Positions 8,994 through 18,398 of a stretch of DNA of 64,000 nucleotides are shown here, piece by piece. Both the position numbers and the translations under genes were made by a program. This stretch comes from an uncultured delta proteobacterium (GTDB lineage: Bacteria; Desulfobacterota; Desulfobacteria; Desulfobacterales; SG8-13): assembly GCA_963848135.1 (NCBI GenBank), contig CAWKCK010000017.1, positions 995,507 to 1,059,506 on the forward strand, in the 5' to 3' direction. Each line of letters opens with the position of its first letter. The stretch's first letter is position 1. The notes below the pieces were generated by a model. It worked only from the letters and a program-made list of their open reading frames with translations, was not told the origin of the DNA and ran no database searches.

Positions 8994-10715
8994 ATGGAAA
9001 CCGGTAACGCCGACATTGCCGATTTGTTCAAGAAGACGGCCGATCTTCTCGAGATTGCCGGGAACAACCCTTTCCGGGTGCGTGCCTACCGTAATGCCGC
9101 CAGGCTTATCGAGTCTTTGGCCCGCACGGTCACCGATATTCTGGCCGAAGACCCCGATTTGACAAGACTTTCCGGTATCGGAAAGGAACTCGATGAAAAG
9201 ATCAAGGAAATTGTTCGGACCGGAAATCTGGCCAAGCTCGAAGAGCTTGAAGAACGCGTGCCGGCCGGTCTTCACCAGGTCCTTAAGATACCCGGCCTCG
9301 GGCCTCGCAAGGTAAAAACCCTATACGACAATCTGGGAATTCGAAACATCGAAGATCTCAGGCAAGCGGCCCGGAAAGAACAGATACGGGCACTGGCAGG
9401 TTTTGGAATTAAGTCCGAGAAACGGATCCTAAGGGATCTCGATCGAGTGGACAGCCTCGAAAAGCGAATCTTATGGATCTCAGCCGAATATATCGCTCGC
9501 GTGCTGGTGGAATATCTGGGTCATGACCTTCCAGACGAGGACCTCGCTGTAACTGGCAGTTTCCGACGCCGGAAAGAAACCGTACGGGATCTCGATGTTC
9601 TGGTCGATGGCCAGAATGCGGAAACGATTATGGATCGTTTCGTAAATTTCGATCAGGTCGATCATGTGCTCGCACGTGGTCATACGCGTGCTTCGATTCG
9701 GCTGCGTTCGGGTCTCCAAGTCGATCTGCGGGTCGTCGACCACGAATGTTTCGGTGCGGCAATGCATTATTTCACGGGATCTCAAGCCCATAACATCGCC
9801 ATCCGGCGCCTCGGCCGACAGAATGGCTTGAAAATAAACGAGTATGGGGTTTTCGAGGGCAACCGACGGGTTGGCGGTCAAACGGAAGAAGAGATCTTTG
9901 CCAGGGTGGGACTACCCTACATCGAACCGGAACTGCGCGAAGACTGCGGAGAAATTCAGGCCGGTCGCGAAAACCGCCTGCCCTCTCTGATTACCTTGAA
10001 TGACATTCGCGGAGACCTTCACTGCCACACCGACGATAGCGATGGGCGCAACAGTCTGGAAGAAATGGTTCGTATGGCTGAACTTAAAGGGTATGCCTAT
10101 ATCGCCGTCACCAATCACACGGGCAGCCTGAAGATCGCCCGCGGCCTTCAGACAGCCGACGTTAAACGCCTAATCAATAGGATCGACCGCCTCAATCAGA
10201 AGTTAAGCCATTTGGTTGTATTGAAATCGATGGAAGTCGATATCTTGAAAGATGGCGCTTTAGACCTGCCAAATGACATCCTGAAAGAACTCGACTTTAC
10301 GGTCTGCTCGATCCATTCACATTTCGGTCTGTCACGCGCCCAGCAAACCGAACGCATTCTGCGGGCGATGGATAACCCTCATTTCAACATTTTGGGTCAC
10401 CCGACCGGCCGATTGATCAACCGGCGGCCGGCCTATCGCGTGGATCTCGATCGCCTGATCGCAGCAGCGGCTGAAAGAGGCTGTTTCATGGAACTCAACG
10501 CCCACCCCGAGCGTCTCGATGTCGATGATGTTCACTGCCGGACAGCCAAAGATAAAAATGTCCGGGTCGCCATTTCAACCGATGCCCACAGTATCGGCGA
10601 CCTCGACTTCATGCGCCTTGGTGTCGCCCAGGCCCGCCGCGGCTGGCTTGAACCGCAAGATGTTCTCAATACCCGCGGCCTGGACCGACTGATGAAACTG
10701 TTTCAGCGCTCCTAA
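8994..10715 (+). CDS. polX: DNA polymerase X / PHP 3'-5' exonuclease
   Basis: NPFRVRAY, GSFRRRKETVRDLD, YFTGSQAHN, GDLHCHTDDSDG, STDAH. Confidence 0.95.
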   Translation: METGNADIADLFKKTADLLEIAGNNPFRVRAYRNAARLIESLARTVTDILAEDPDLTRLSGIGKELDEKIKEIVRTGNLAKLEELEERVPAGLHQVLKIPGLGPRKVKTLYDNLGIRNIEDLRQAARKEQIRALAGFGIKSEKRILRDLDRVDSLEKRILWISAEYIARVLVEYLGHDLPDEDLAVTGSFRRRKETVRDLDVLVDGQNAETIMDRFVNFDQVDHVLARGHTRASIRLRSGLQVDLRVVDHECFGAAMHYFTGSQAHNIAIRRLGRQNGLKINEYGVFEGNRRVGGQTEEEIFARVGLPYIEPELREDCGEIQAGRENRLPSLITLNDIRGDLHCHTDDSDGRNSLEEMVRMAELKGYAYIAVTNHTGSLKIARGLQTADVKRLINRIDRLNQKLSHLVVLKSMEVDILKDGALDLPNDILKELDFTVCSIHSHFGLSRAQQTERILRAMDNPHFNILGHPTGRLINRRPAYRVDLDRLIAAAAERGCFMELNAHPERLDVDDVHCRTAKDKNVRVAISTDAHSIGDLDFMRLGVAQARRGWLEPQDVLNTRGLDRLMKLFQRS

Positions 10716-10785
10716 TATCCCGATACCGGTAAGACCGGCAATACCCGTTATTCCTCAAATGTAATTGTCCGATTTATATCATTGC

Positions 10786-10913
10786 TAACCCAAATTGAGC
10801 GATTTTCAAGTTTGCCGCAGGTACAAGGAAAATGACGTTCCGGTATAGTGAACTATGCGGAACGTCATTTGACGTCGTAGATGCGGCGAAATTGGAAATC
10901 CCTTAGGGTTTTA
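10786..10913 (+). repeat. MITE family B copy with internal palindrome
   Basis: TAACCC...GGGTTTTA ends; AAATGACGTTCCG...CGGAACGTCATTT hairpin; homologous to 8521-8675. Confidence 0.75.
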
Positions 10914-11062
10914 TATTTTCGAAATTCCGATGGGTAGAATGCCTTTTTTTTATTGTTTATTTTCATATTTCGAAAATATGAAACGCTCACCTTGGGTCTA
11001 ATTAAATTTCGGCCTTAAAAGAGTCTGCCTGAAGGGTCTGTCTTCCGCTTCAACCACCGCCG

Positions 11063-11091
11063 TTGACAGTTATTAGTTCGGTTTATATATT
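11063..11091 (+). promoter_or_regulatory. Sigma-70-type promoter
   Basis: TTGACA-17 bp-TATATT. Confidence 0.6.
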
Positions 11092-11449
11092 TAGATACTG
11101 GTTGCAATCCGGTTTACCCTTCGCTTCCTGTTGAGGATTCGCCGCATCGATCTAAAAATGCCCCTCTCTTGCTTCAGCTGCTAAAACGCATTCAGCCACC
11201 TGTTTTGTTCTCAGTGTGAGCGCCCGATGAAAACCCCATTGCCCGGATACTCCGGATACGGTACCAGAGCTTCCAGATGCCACTTTCCGCTTCTTAGAAA
11301 CCAGTTCCTATCGGAGTGAGACGGATGTGTTGAACCTCCGACGGCACCCGAAAGTCCGCTCGTACTCCCACCGGGCGGGTCTGAAGAAGATGTGTGTTTC
11401 CCGGTCGACATTACCGGATACTCTCAACCCCGTGTGAAAGGAGGACGAC

Positions 11450-11749
11450 ATGGCAGTCAAGGTTTTGATCAAACGTCGCTTTAAGGAGAAGTATTTCAAT
11501 GAGATTAACGAAATGATCAAAAAACTGCGCTACGGCGCCATGGACCAGGAGGGCTATATCTCCTCGGAGACTCTTTGGGACATCAAGGATCCATACCTCG
11601 TGGTGGTAGCGTCGAACTGGCGATCGATGAAGGAATGGAATATCTGGAAAAACAGCGATCTGAGACGAATGGAAGGTGACAACATCGAGAAGTACCTCGA
11701 CGGTGAAAGCGAATACGAAATCTATGAAATGGGTTTATATCCCCATTAA
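11450..11749 (+). CDS. Antibiotic biosynthesis monooxygenase (ABM) family protein
   Basis: QEGYISSETL...W.S...W..W; AAGGAGG RBS; paralog at 58528-58824. Confidence 0.85.
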   Translation: MAVKVLIKRRFKEKYFNEINEMIKKLRYGAMDQEGYISSETLWDIKDPYLVVVASNWRSMKEWNIWKNSDLRRMEGDNIEKYLDGESEYEIYEMGLYPH

Positions 11750-11916
11750 CCCACCCCGTCCAGGCTCGGGCTGGACGCCGGAGACGGGGATCGCGCCCCC
11801 GGAAACGGGAGTCGGCCCGAGCCGAGAATCGAAAACGGGGTAACTCCTGAAATTTTAAAATTTTGGGTACCTCCCCGGCAAAGCGGGGTATTTAGCTGTG
11901 ATTACACTATTGAGCC

Positions 11917-12555
11917 TCATTTCTCTTTTTTAATATTTTCCAATTTGTCTAAGAGGGTCTGGATGTTTTTTTGCTTCTCTTTTTCTCTCAATTTTTTCTG
12001 GGATCCAGTATAATATTGGTGGTTTCTTATAATATCGAGAGTCCCTTTGTACCATTTTTCGTCATCACTGACATCTACTCCCCTCGCCCGCCGTCCTTCC
12101 CTTAATTTTCCATCCAATATGAGAAAATCTTCTCTGCCCAAATGGTCGAGATCGGCATCACAAAGGATCTTTTCAACATGTGTTTCCGGTTCGCGCTCAA
12201 GATCGGTTACCAGTATCATATTTTGAATCTTTTCAATTTCGGATGGATTATAACCGATAAGTTTAAGTATTCTGCCGGCCATTCGGGCAGCAATCGGTTC
12301 ATTCTTATCATATTCTCTAATGTAACCCGTGTCGTGAAAATAGGCCGCGGCAATTAACAATTCTCTATCATGTTCGGAGATATTCTCAGCGATTGCAATG
12401 CTGTTGGCAACAGCAACGACGCCTTTGGTCGGATGAAGTGTATGATCGGCATCATGATATTTGATGCCATCTGGCAACTCGTCTCTAAACAATTCCGTTA
12501 TATATTGGTCTACGATTTTCAACCGTGGCGTATGGGCCTTATATCTTCGTTCCAT
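11917..12555 (-). CDS. HD-domain phosphohydrolase
   Basis: YHDADHT, AAYFHDTG, ILCDADLDHLG. Confidence 0.85.
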   Translation of the reverse strand: MERRYKAHTPRLKIVDQYITELFRDELPDGIKYHDADHTLHPTKGVVAVANSIAIAENISEHDRELLIAAAYFHDTGYIREYDKNEPIAARMAGRILKLIGYNPSEIEKIQNMILVTDLEREPETHVEKILCDADLDHLGREDFLILDGKLREGRRARGVDVSDDEKWYKGTLDIIRNHQYYTGSQKKLREKEKQKNIQTLLDKLENIKKEK

Positions 12556-12606
12556 ATCATGACCTGCTAACTCAATTTAAATGTTATGACTAACCAATGT
12601 TATGAC

Positions 12607-12872
12607 TAACCCGGACATTTCACGTCCCTGAGGGATTCAAAGGCAAGGCAATCAAGGGTGCCGCCGTAGTCAACCTACTGCAAGTCCTCGATAGCGCAGC
12701 CAATGGATGCCTCAGGGAGAGCGCCCAAGGGGTGAAAACTTTTCGGCTTTTCTCTAAATTTCATAAGTTGCAAATTGTACTCTGACCAAAATACGTCCAT
12801 TTCATGTCAGGTATCTAAAATTAGATTAATTTATTCCTAGTGGCGAAAAGATTTCATGAAATATTCCGGCTA
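12607..12872. repeat. MITE family C element
   Basis: Imperfect terminal inverted repeats TAACCCGGACATTTCA / TGAAATATTCCGGCTA; 16-bp tandem duplication at 12580-12611 abuts the left end. Confidence 0.6.
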
Positions 12873-13239
12873 ACTGTTGTTCGAAACGATAGCTGATATC
12901 GAGGCTACTTCTCAAAGATAAGGGGATCTAGAAGTGACGCAAGTCGTTTGGTCATGAATACCGGCAGCACGAAGGCGGCCCGGGTGACAATCTCGGACAT
13001 TTTCACCCGCTGTGGGTCTAAATCCGCCAATGGACAGCGACCCTGACTGGCAGATCCAAAAGCGTAAAGGGCACCGGGATAAGAAAGGGTCGTGTCTGAT
13101 CTATGCCCGTCGAATTTCAATGGTTAAACCGTATCGCTTGCATTTTCCAAGTCGAATTAATTCGATGATGCTTAATAATTATCTAACCAATCCCTCATCC
13201 GATATTGATCATCAATCTTTAGAAAAAGGATGCATTTAT

Positions 13240-13686
13240 ATGCAAAATTTAACCTCGCTTCTCATAGTTAGCCTTATCTGCTTCTGGTCTCCAAGTGCAC
13301 CGGTTTACGCATTAGAGCGTCATCAATATGTCGAGAAGACAGGCGCCTCCAGATCCGTTTTTTCGTGAGAAGCGAACGCGTCACGTGAAACGATGATTCG
13401 CGTCAGGCAGAGCAATACTCTTTTCGTAAATTACTGCGACCAATCCGGGGCCACTTTGAAATGGCATTACCAGAGTGCCAGTGCTGGCATCCGTGTCAAT
13501 CGCCTGGGAAACAGACTCCATATGACCGGCACAAACAAAGGGAAGAAAGTTAACCGATATCTTCAGGTGAACGATTCCCCCTGGTAACAACCATTAAGTT
13601 ATTCCTTGCAGCATTTTCTGGCATCCGATCGATCATCGGTGTTGTTTTGGATCGTTCGGTCGAGTAATCTCAAAGCGGTCTTTTAA
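13240..13686 (+). pseudogene. Exported hypothetical protein interrupted by in-frame stops
   Basis: AAGGA RBS and signal-peptide-like start; one frame continues through TGA 13366-13368 and TAA 13585-13587 to TAA 13684-13686. Confidence 0.6.
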
Positions 13687-13919
13687 AACCACTATTTCGG
13701 ACAATCAACCGGTCATTGAATGTAATTTTTTGTAGGAATGAATTATCGACCTTGCCGCAATTAAACTCTTTTTTACTACGCTGGATCTGCTCCATCAACA
13801 CTAGATATCTATCTGTTTTTATTTTTTCATAATAATCATCGTCTCAGGTTTTGGTTAACTCCTGGAATTGTCAAACTTTGGGAGGCCCCCTAGTTAAGCT
13901 GGGGGTTTATCGATGATTA

Positions 13920-16900
13920 TTATTCCGACAGCCGCTTCATGACTTCGAGGTATTCAGGAGAACGTGAGAGGTAAAAGGAAAGGGCGCGGGCAAAGTCTTT
14001 CCCGAGAACGCCGTCGATAAACATCTGGCTGATTTCCCGGTTGCGGTCCAGGGCGAATTGAGATGTCACCAGTAACTGGCGGTCCTCTTCACTGATCGTA
14101 TTGAGCAAATGCAGCAGGGCCGTTTGGGCACGCGGCTGGTACATCCAGAAATAGAGCATGTCCAGGACATGAACCATAACGATCTTCTCTAGATCGCGTG
14201 CCTCGGCATTGTTCCGGACGGCATACCGACAGGATTTATCGAGAATCTCCCGGGTAGCGGTCTCAGGATACATGACCTCCAACTGGGCGTAGACTTTGAA
14301 AAGCCCGGAGAGTTTCTTGCGATATTCCCGGAAGCGGGACTTAATGTTGGAATAGCGATCACTCAGCCCCTCGATGATACCAGCGACAAAATCCGAAGCC
14401 GCCTTCGATATGACAGCTGCCCAGCGTTGCAAAACACTGTCGACACCGGGAACACCGGCGATGTGTAACAAAGACCCGGCAGCCGCATTGAAAATGATGG
14501 CAATCGGAATCGACAGCACGCTGCGGAAAAAATTGCCCACGATGACGCTCCGGGGAAATCCGCGAAAAGCATTGTGACTGGAGAGGTAAATCCCATTGGC
14601 CAGCGCCATGAACGTGTACAGGGCCATCGGGCGGTGGGCGGTTGTAATACCGAACCCTTTGTCCAGAATAAGTGTTTTTACCACCAGGTCCAACAATGGT
14701 ACCGAAAACCCAGTGTAAAGCAGTGAATCGGTCAGACGATCCCAGCTCACATAGTCGTTCCATCGCAACAGGGGCGAGCGCCTGAGTCCTCCCCCCCCGA
14801 GAACGGACTGCAGGATATTACGCAATCCGGTAATACCGAACCAGATGAAGGCACCACCGTATGCCAATACCCACCAGTCTTTTGTAAGGGCAAAGGTGGT
14901 GAAAGCAGGGACGAAGCCGATAAACACCTTGAGGGTGTTTTTGAGACGGGTATTCATGTATCGCCAGGAAAGGCGTTTGTGGTTTTGATCCAACCGCTGT
15001 GGTTTCAGGTACAGCTCGTTGGCCAGGTCCTTCTGTACACCACCGAGGGTGACGATGTCACCGGGTTGTTTCATCCGGATTGTCTTTTCTTCCACATACC
15101 AGTCTTCGATGCACCGATGTCCCAATCGGCGAAAAACCGGCAGGCGTCCTGCCGCACGAATGAAAGCTCTGAAAAGACGACCGGATCCCTCGTATGGTAC
15201 GAAAGTCAGCCGCCGCAAAACCGTCATGGTCATTGGAATGATTTCACGATTCTTGCCGCCCTGTTGGGCCACTTCTTTTCTGGCCCGGGGGGCCAGTGTT
15301 TCGATAACGGCCAACCCCATTCCGTGCACCCGCGGAGAGCGACCGGTGGAATCGCTCCCGATTCTGGCTTTCAACGGTGTTCCTTCATAAAGGGCCTTTA
15401 AATGGAGTATATCGTGCAGAATTATCTTCAGCTTCCAAATCCGTTCGGTTCGGTCGGACAAATCCGAAGCCTCAAGGTTGGTAATAATCTTACGTATGAT
15501 TCGTTTCAGACTGATGACACTGCCTTCATTGAGGGCCTGCTGCAGCAGGTTGATATCGGCTAGGTGGGCGGTGTGACCGTCGGCATAGTCTTTGAGGTTG
15601 AATATTTCGAGTCGGGTGATTGTCCCCTCACAATCATAGAGCAGCTCCAAGACATCTTCCACTTTTAGATTACTGAGATTCAGCGTGATGCGATGTCCGG
15701 AATGCAGGTTTGTCAGCCGTTTAATCAACTCGCAAGGGCTCAGACGCAGCAAGTCGGGAACCTCCGGACCGTCGCTGGGAAGACCCGGATTGGGGAGATT
15801 CGGGTTCTTTTCAGGCCGCAGAAAATCTTCTAAAAATTGCTCGATATCAATGCGGTTGAGGGTCTCGATCTCACCTCGTATTTCGGGCTGTTCTCTTGTA
15901 TCTGCACTGTTGTATCGCTCACGCAAAGCAACGACACGGTCTTTCAGGGCTTCCAGCACTTTTTGATGTATAAACTTGGAAAGATGCAGTGTGGACTTTT
16001 GTCCGAGAGCAACAAATTTCAGAAACGCAGTTTCATCCAGTGGAGCCAGTTCGATCCGAAAAGACTCGGCAATCTCCTGGCGGTGGGTTTTATTGAATTC
16101 TCGAAGCAATGCCAGCACATGTTCCTGCTGGTATGCCGAAACAACCCGCCCCTCATCCATGATTTCCATGACCGGGTCTTCCGCCAGGAAGCAGAGAAAT
16201 GCCTGCGCGTCGGGAAAACCCCTTGGCACCCAGATTACCTGCACATATTTGTCGCGAAATCGCGCCGATAACTCGATGCCGATGCGAAGATCGACACCCA
16301 TGATGGCGGCCGCCTCCAACAGCTCGGCGGCAAAACGCGGTTCAATATAATTGTAGTGGATGACCCGCAACCGTCGAATACCCTTTATCCAGGCATCCAT
16401 GATCAGGTGAGTGGATGATTTGCGCCCCTTGGTGTTGGCGTCGTGCACATGGTCGTCAAAAGCGATCTGATTCCATTCCTCCGGCATTTCCAGCAAATGG
16501 TATCGTCGGAGTTGCTCCCTAACAAACCGTGGTTTTCCGGTGGCCGTCATTCGGAAATCATGGGCCAGTTCGAGCTGGCGGCGATAGTTGCCGTGAGACC
16601 TGACCAGCTCTTTCATAATTTCCATTAATACCCGAGCGGTGTTCTTGGGCATGGTTCCGGCAGCGGTGTCGAGGATTTCGTCCCGAAGTGATCGCAGGGC
16701 ACTAAGACGCTCTTCCACTGCTCCGACTTCAAGGGAACTGAGAAGGTGGACCACGGCATAGGCGATGCGCAATCCCTTCGATTCAGCCATTTCCTTGATG
16801 CCGTTGGGATGAAAATACGGGTAATAGATTCTGCGGGTATACTCGAAGGTGCGGTCACGGTTCAGGACACTGGAAACGATGCGCAGCAATTCATGGTCGC

Positions 16901-17015
16901 GTCGGTCAAACAGTATCCTGGAAACTCGATCTTGTTTCCTTTCACGTGGCAAAGTCCGTTGGCGTGTTTCTTTCCTGCATGTTTTCATCAGCATAACAGT
17001 ATGAAATTTATACAA
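13920..17015 (-). CDS. Large hypothetical protein with degenerate PHP-like domain and C-terminal membrane segments
   Basis: DDHVHDANTKG, IGIELS, LEIFN, IGSDSTG echo PHP motifs; hydrophobic helices in the C-terminal third; start uncertain. Confidence 0.7.
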   Translation of the reverse strand: MYKFHTVMLMKTCRKETRQRTLPRERKQDRVSRILFDRRDHELLRIVSSVLNRDRTFEYTRRIYYPYFHPNGIKEMAESKGLRIAYAVVHLLSSLEVGAVEERLSALRSLRDEILDTAAGTMPKNTARVLMEIMKELVRSHGNYRRQLELAHDFRMTATGKPRFVREQLRRYHLLEMPEEWNQIAFDDHVHDANTKGRKSSTHLIMDAWIKGIRRLRVIHYNYIEPRFAAELLEAAAIMGVDLRIGIELSARFRDKYVQVIWVPRGFPDAQAFLCFLAEDPVMEIMDEGRVVSAYQQEHVLALLREFNKTHRQEIAESFRIELAPLDETAFLKFVALGQKSTLHLSKFIHQKVLEALKDRVVALRERYNSADTREQPEIRGEIETLNRIDIEQFLEDFLRPEKNPNLPNPGLPSDGPEVPDLLRLSPCELIKRLTNLHSGHRITLNLSNLKVEDVLELLYDCEGTITRLEIFNLKDYADGHTAHLADINLLQQALNEGSVISLKRIIRKIITNLEASDLSDRTERIWKLKIILHDILHLKALYEGTPLKARIGSDSTGRSPRVHGMGLAVIETLAPRARKEVAQQGGKNREIIPMTMTVLRRLTFVPYEGSGRLFRAFIRAAGRLPVFRRLGHRCIEDWYVEEKTIRMKQPGDIVTLGGVQKDLANELYLKPQRLDQNHKRLSWRYMNTRLKNTLKVFIGFVPAFTTFALTKDWWVLAYGGAFIWFGITGLRNILQSVLGGGGLRRSPLLRWNDYVSWDRLTDSLLYTGFSVPLLDLVVKTLILDKGFGITTAHRPMALYTFMALANGIYLSSHNAFRGFPRSVIVGNFFRSVLSIPIAIIFNAAAGSLLHIAGVPGVDSVLQRWAAVISKAASDFVAGIIEGLSDRYSNIKSRFREYRKKLSGLFKVYAQLEVMYPETATREILDKSCRYAVRNNAEARDLEKIVMVHVLDMLYFWMYQPRAQTALLHLLNTISEEDRQLLVTSQFALDRNREISQMFIDGVLGKDFARALSFYLSRSPEYLEVMKRLSE

Positions 17016-17161
17016 AAATGTAAAGAAAAAGATGTTGACAGTCGCCCCTTTTATGAATCATGATGCATTGGACCAGGTTGCAACCTGCAAATTTCACCTG
17101 TTATCGCGATAAGGAATCCGTGATTGGTGATTGATCTAGAGACGAACCGGAAAGGTTATGA

Positions 17162-17770
17162 ATGCCGAGAATCACCATGATTGCCTGTCACGAATGTGAC
17201 CTGCTGCATCGGCTGGGACCACTCCGGAAGGGAACAATAGCGCGTTGTACCCGTTGCGGCGCTGTATTGTTACGTCACCGGCGCAAAAGCCTCGAACGAA
17301 CCCTGGCTCTGAATATCACCGGTCTGATTCTTTTCGCTCTGGCCAATTCATTTCCTTTTTTGGCGATGACATTTGAAGGCCAGTACCGGCAGATCGTCTT
17401 GCTGACCGGCATTAAGGAACTCTATCTTCAGGGGATGCCCGGAGTCGCTGTGCTGGTGCTAATAACCACAATCGTATCGCCAGCCCTGCACCTGGCCGGG
17501 TTGCTGTATGTTTTGCTGACACTCAAATTGAACCTGTTGGCCCCCGCCGTTTGGCGCGTATTCCGTTGGGTTCGACACCTGCAGCCGTGGAGCATGCTGG
17601 AAGTTTTCATGCTTGGCATTCTGGTGGCCCTGGTCAAGCTCACCGATGTGGCAGACGTCGTTCCAGGGATTTCGCTCTACTGTTTTCTGGCTCTCATTTA
17701 TGTTCTGGCGGCCATCACTGTCTCCCTTGACCCGAACAGCGTGTGGGAAAAATGGTGGGACCGCCGATGA
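17162..17770 (+). CDS. pqiA: Paraquat-inducible protein A, N-terminal half
   Basis: ACHECD..CTRCG zinc motif; PWSMLEVFMLGILVALVKL. Confidence 0.9.
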   Translation: MPRITMIACHECDLLHRLGPLRKGTIARCTRCGAVLLRHRRKSLERTLALNITGLILFALANSFPFLAMTFEGQYRQIVLLTGIKELYLQGMPGVAVLVLITTIVSPALHLAGLLYVLLTLKLNLLAPAVWRVFRWVRHLQPWSMLEVFMLGILVALVKLTDVADVVPGISLYCFLALIYVLAAITVSLDPNSVWEKWWDRR

Positions 17771-18387
17771 CATCAGCGAGCATCACCTCAAAAGACGCCG
17801 ACCTGATCAGCTGTCACAGCTGTCACCTCCTTTGCCGACCCGCTGCACCTCAAGGCCACCGCCCCGGTCAATGTCCGCGCTGCAGCGCCACCCTGCATTT
17901 ACGCAAACCCCGCAGCATCAAACGGACTTGGGCACTGCTGAGCGCCGCCGCGATCTGTTATATCCCGGCGAACGTATTGCCCGTTACAAAAGCCACCTCT
18001 TTGGGAGACGTTCAGATCGACACTATTATGAGCGGGGTGATTTATTTCATCAATACCGGTATGTGGCCGATCGCAATAGTTATTTTTGTCGCCAGTATCC
18101 TTGTCCCCTTATTGAAAATCGTTATACTTTCCGGCCTGCTGGTTTCAGTTCAACGCCGTTCGATATGGCGTTCGAGGGATCGCGCCCGTTTTTACCGCCT
18201 GACCGAGATTATCGGGCGCTGGTCCATGGTCGATGTCTATGTCATTACGATTTCAGTCGCCCTGGTCAAAATGGGGGCCGTCGCTTCGTTTGAGGCCGGT
18301 CCGGGACTGGTATTCTTTGCAGCGGTGGTGGTATTGACCATGATTGCCGCAATGAGTTTCGATCCCAGGCTGATATGGGATAAATAA
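17767..18387 (+). CDS. pqiA: Paraquat-inducible protein A, C-terminal half
   Basis: SCHSC..CPRC; YIPANVLP, GRWSMVDVYV, FDPRLIWD; ATGA overlap with the previous gene. Confidence 0.9.
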   Translation: MTSASITSKDADLISCHSCHLLCRPAAPQGHRPGQCPRCSATLHLRKPRSIKRTWALLSAAAICYIPANVLPVTKATSLGDVQIDTIMSGVIYFINTGMWPIAIVIFVASILVPLLKIVILSGLLVSVQRRSIWRSRDRARFYRLTEIIGRWSMVDVYVITISVALVKMGAVASFEAGPGLVFFAAVVVLTMIAAMSFDPRLIWDK

Positions 18388-18398
18388 GGAGCCCCGCA

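Noticed and set aside
13366..13368. Selenocysteine TGA
   Set aside because: No redox Cys-like context or clear SECIS hairpin, and a later in-frame TAA indicates decay
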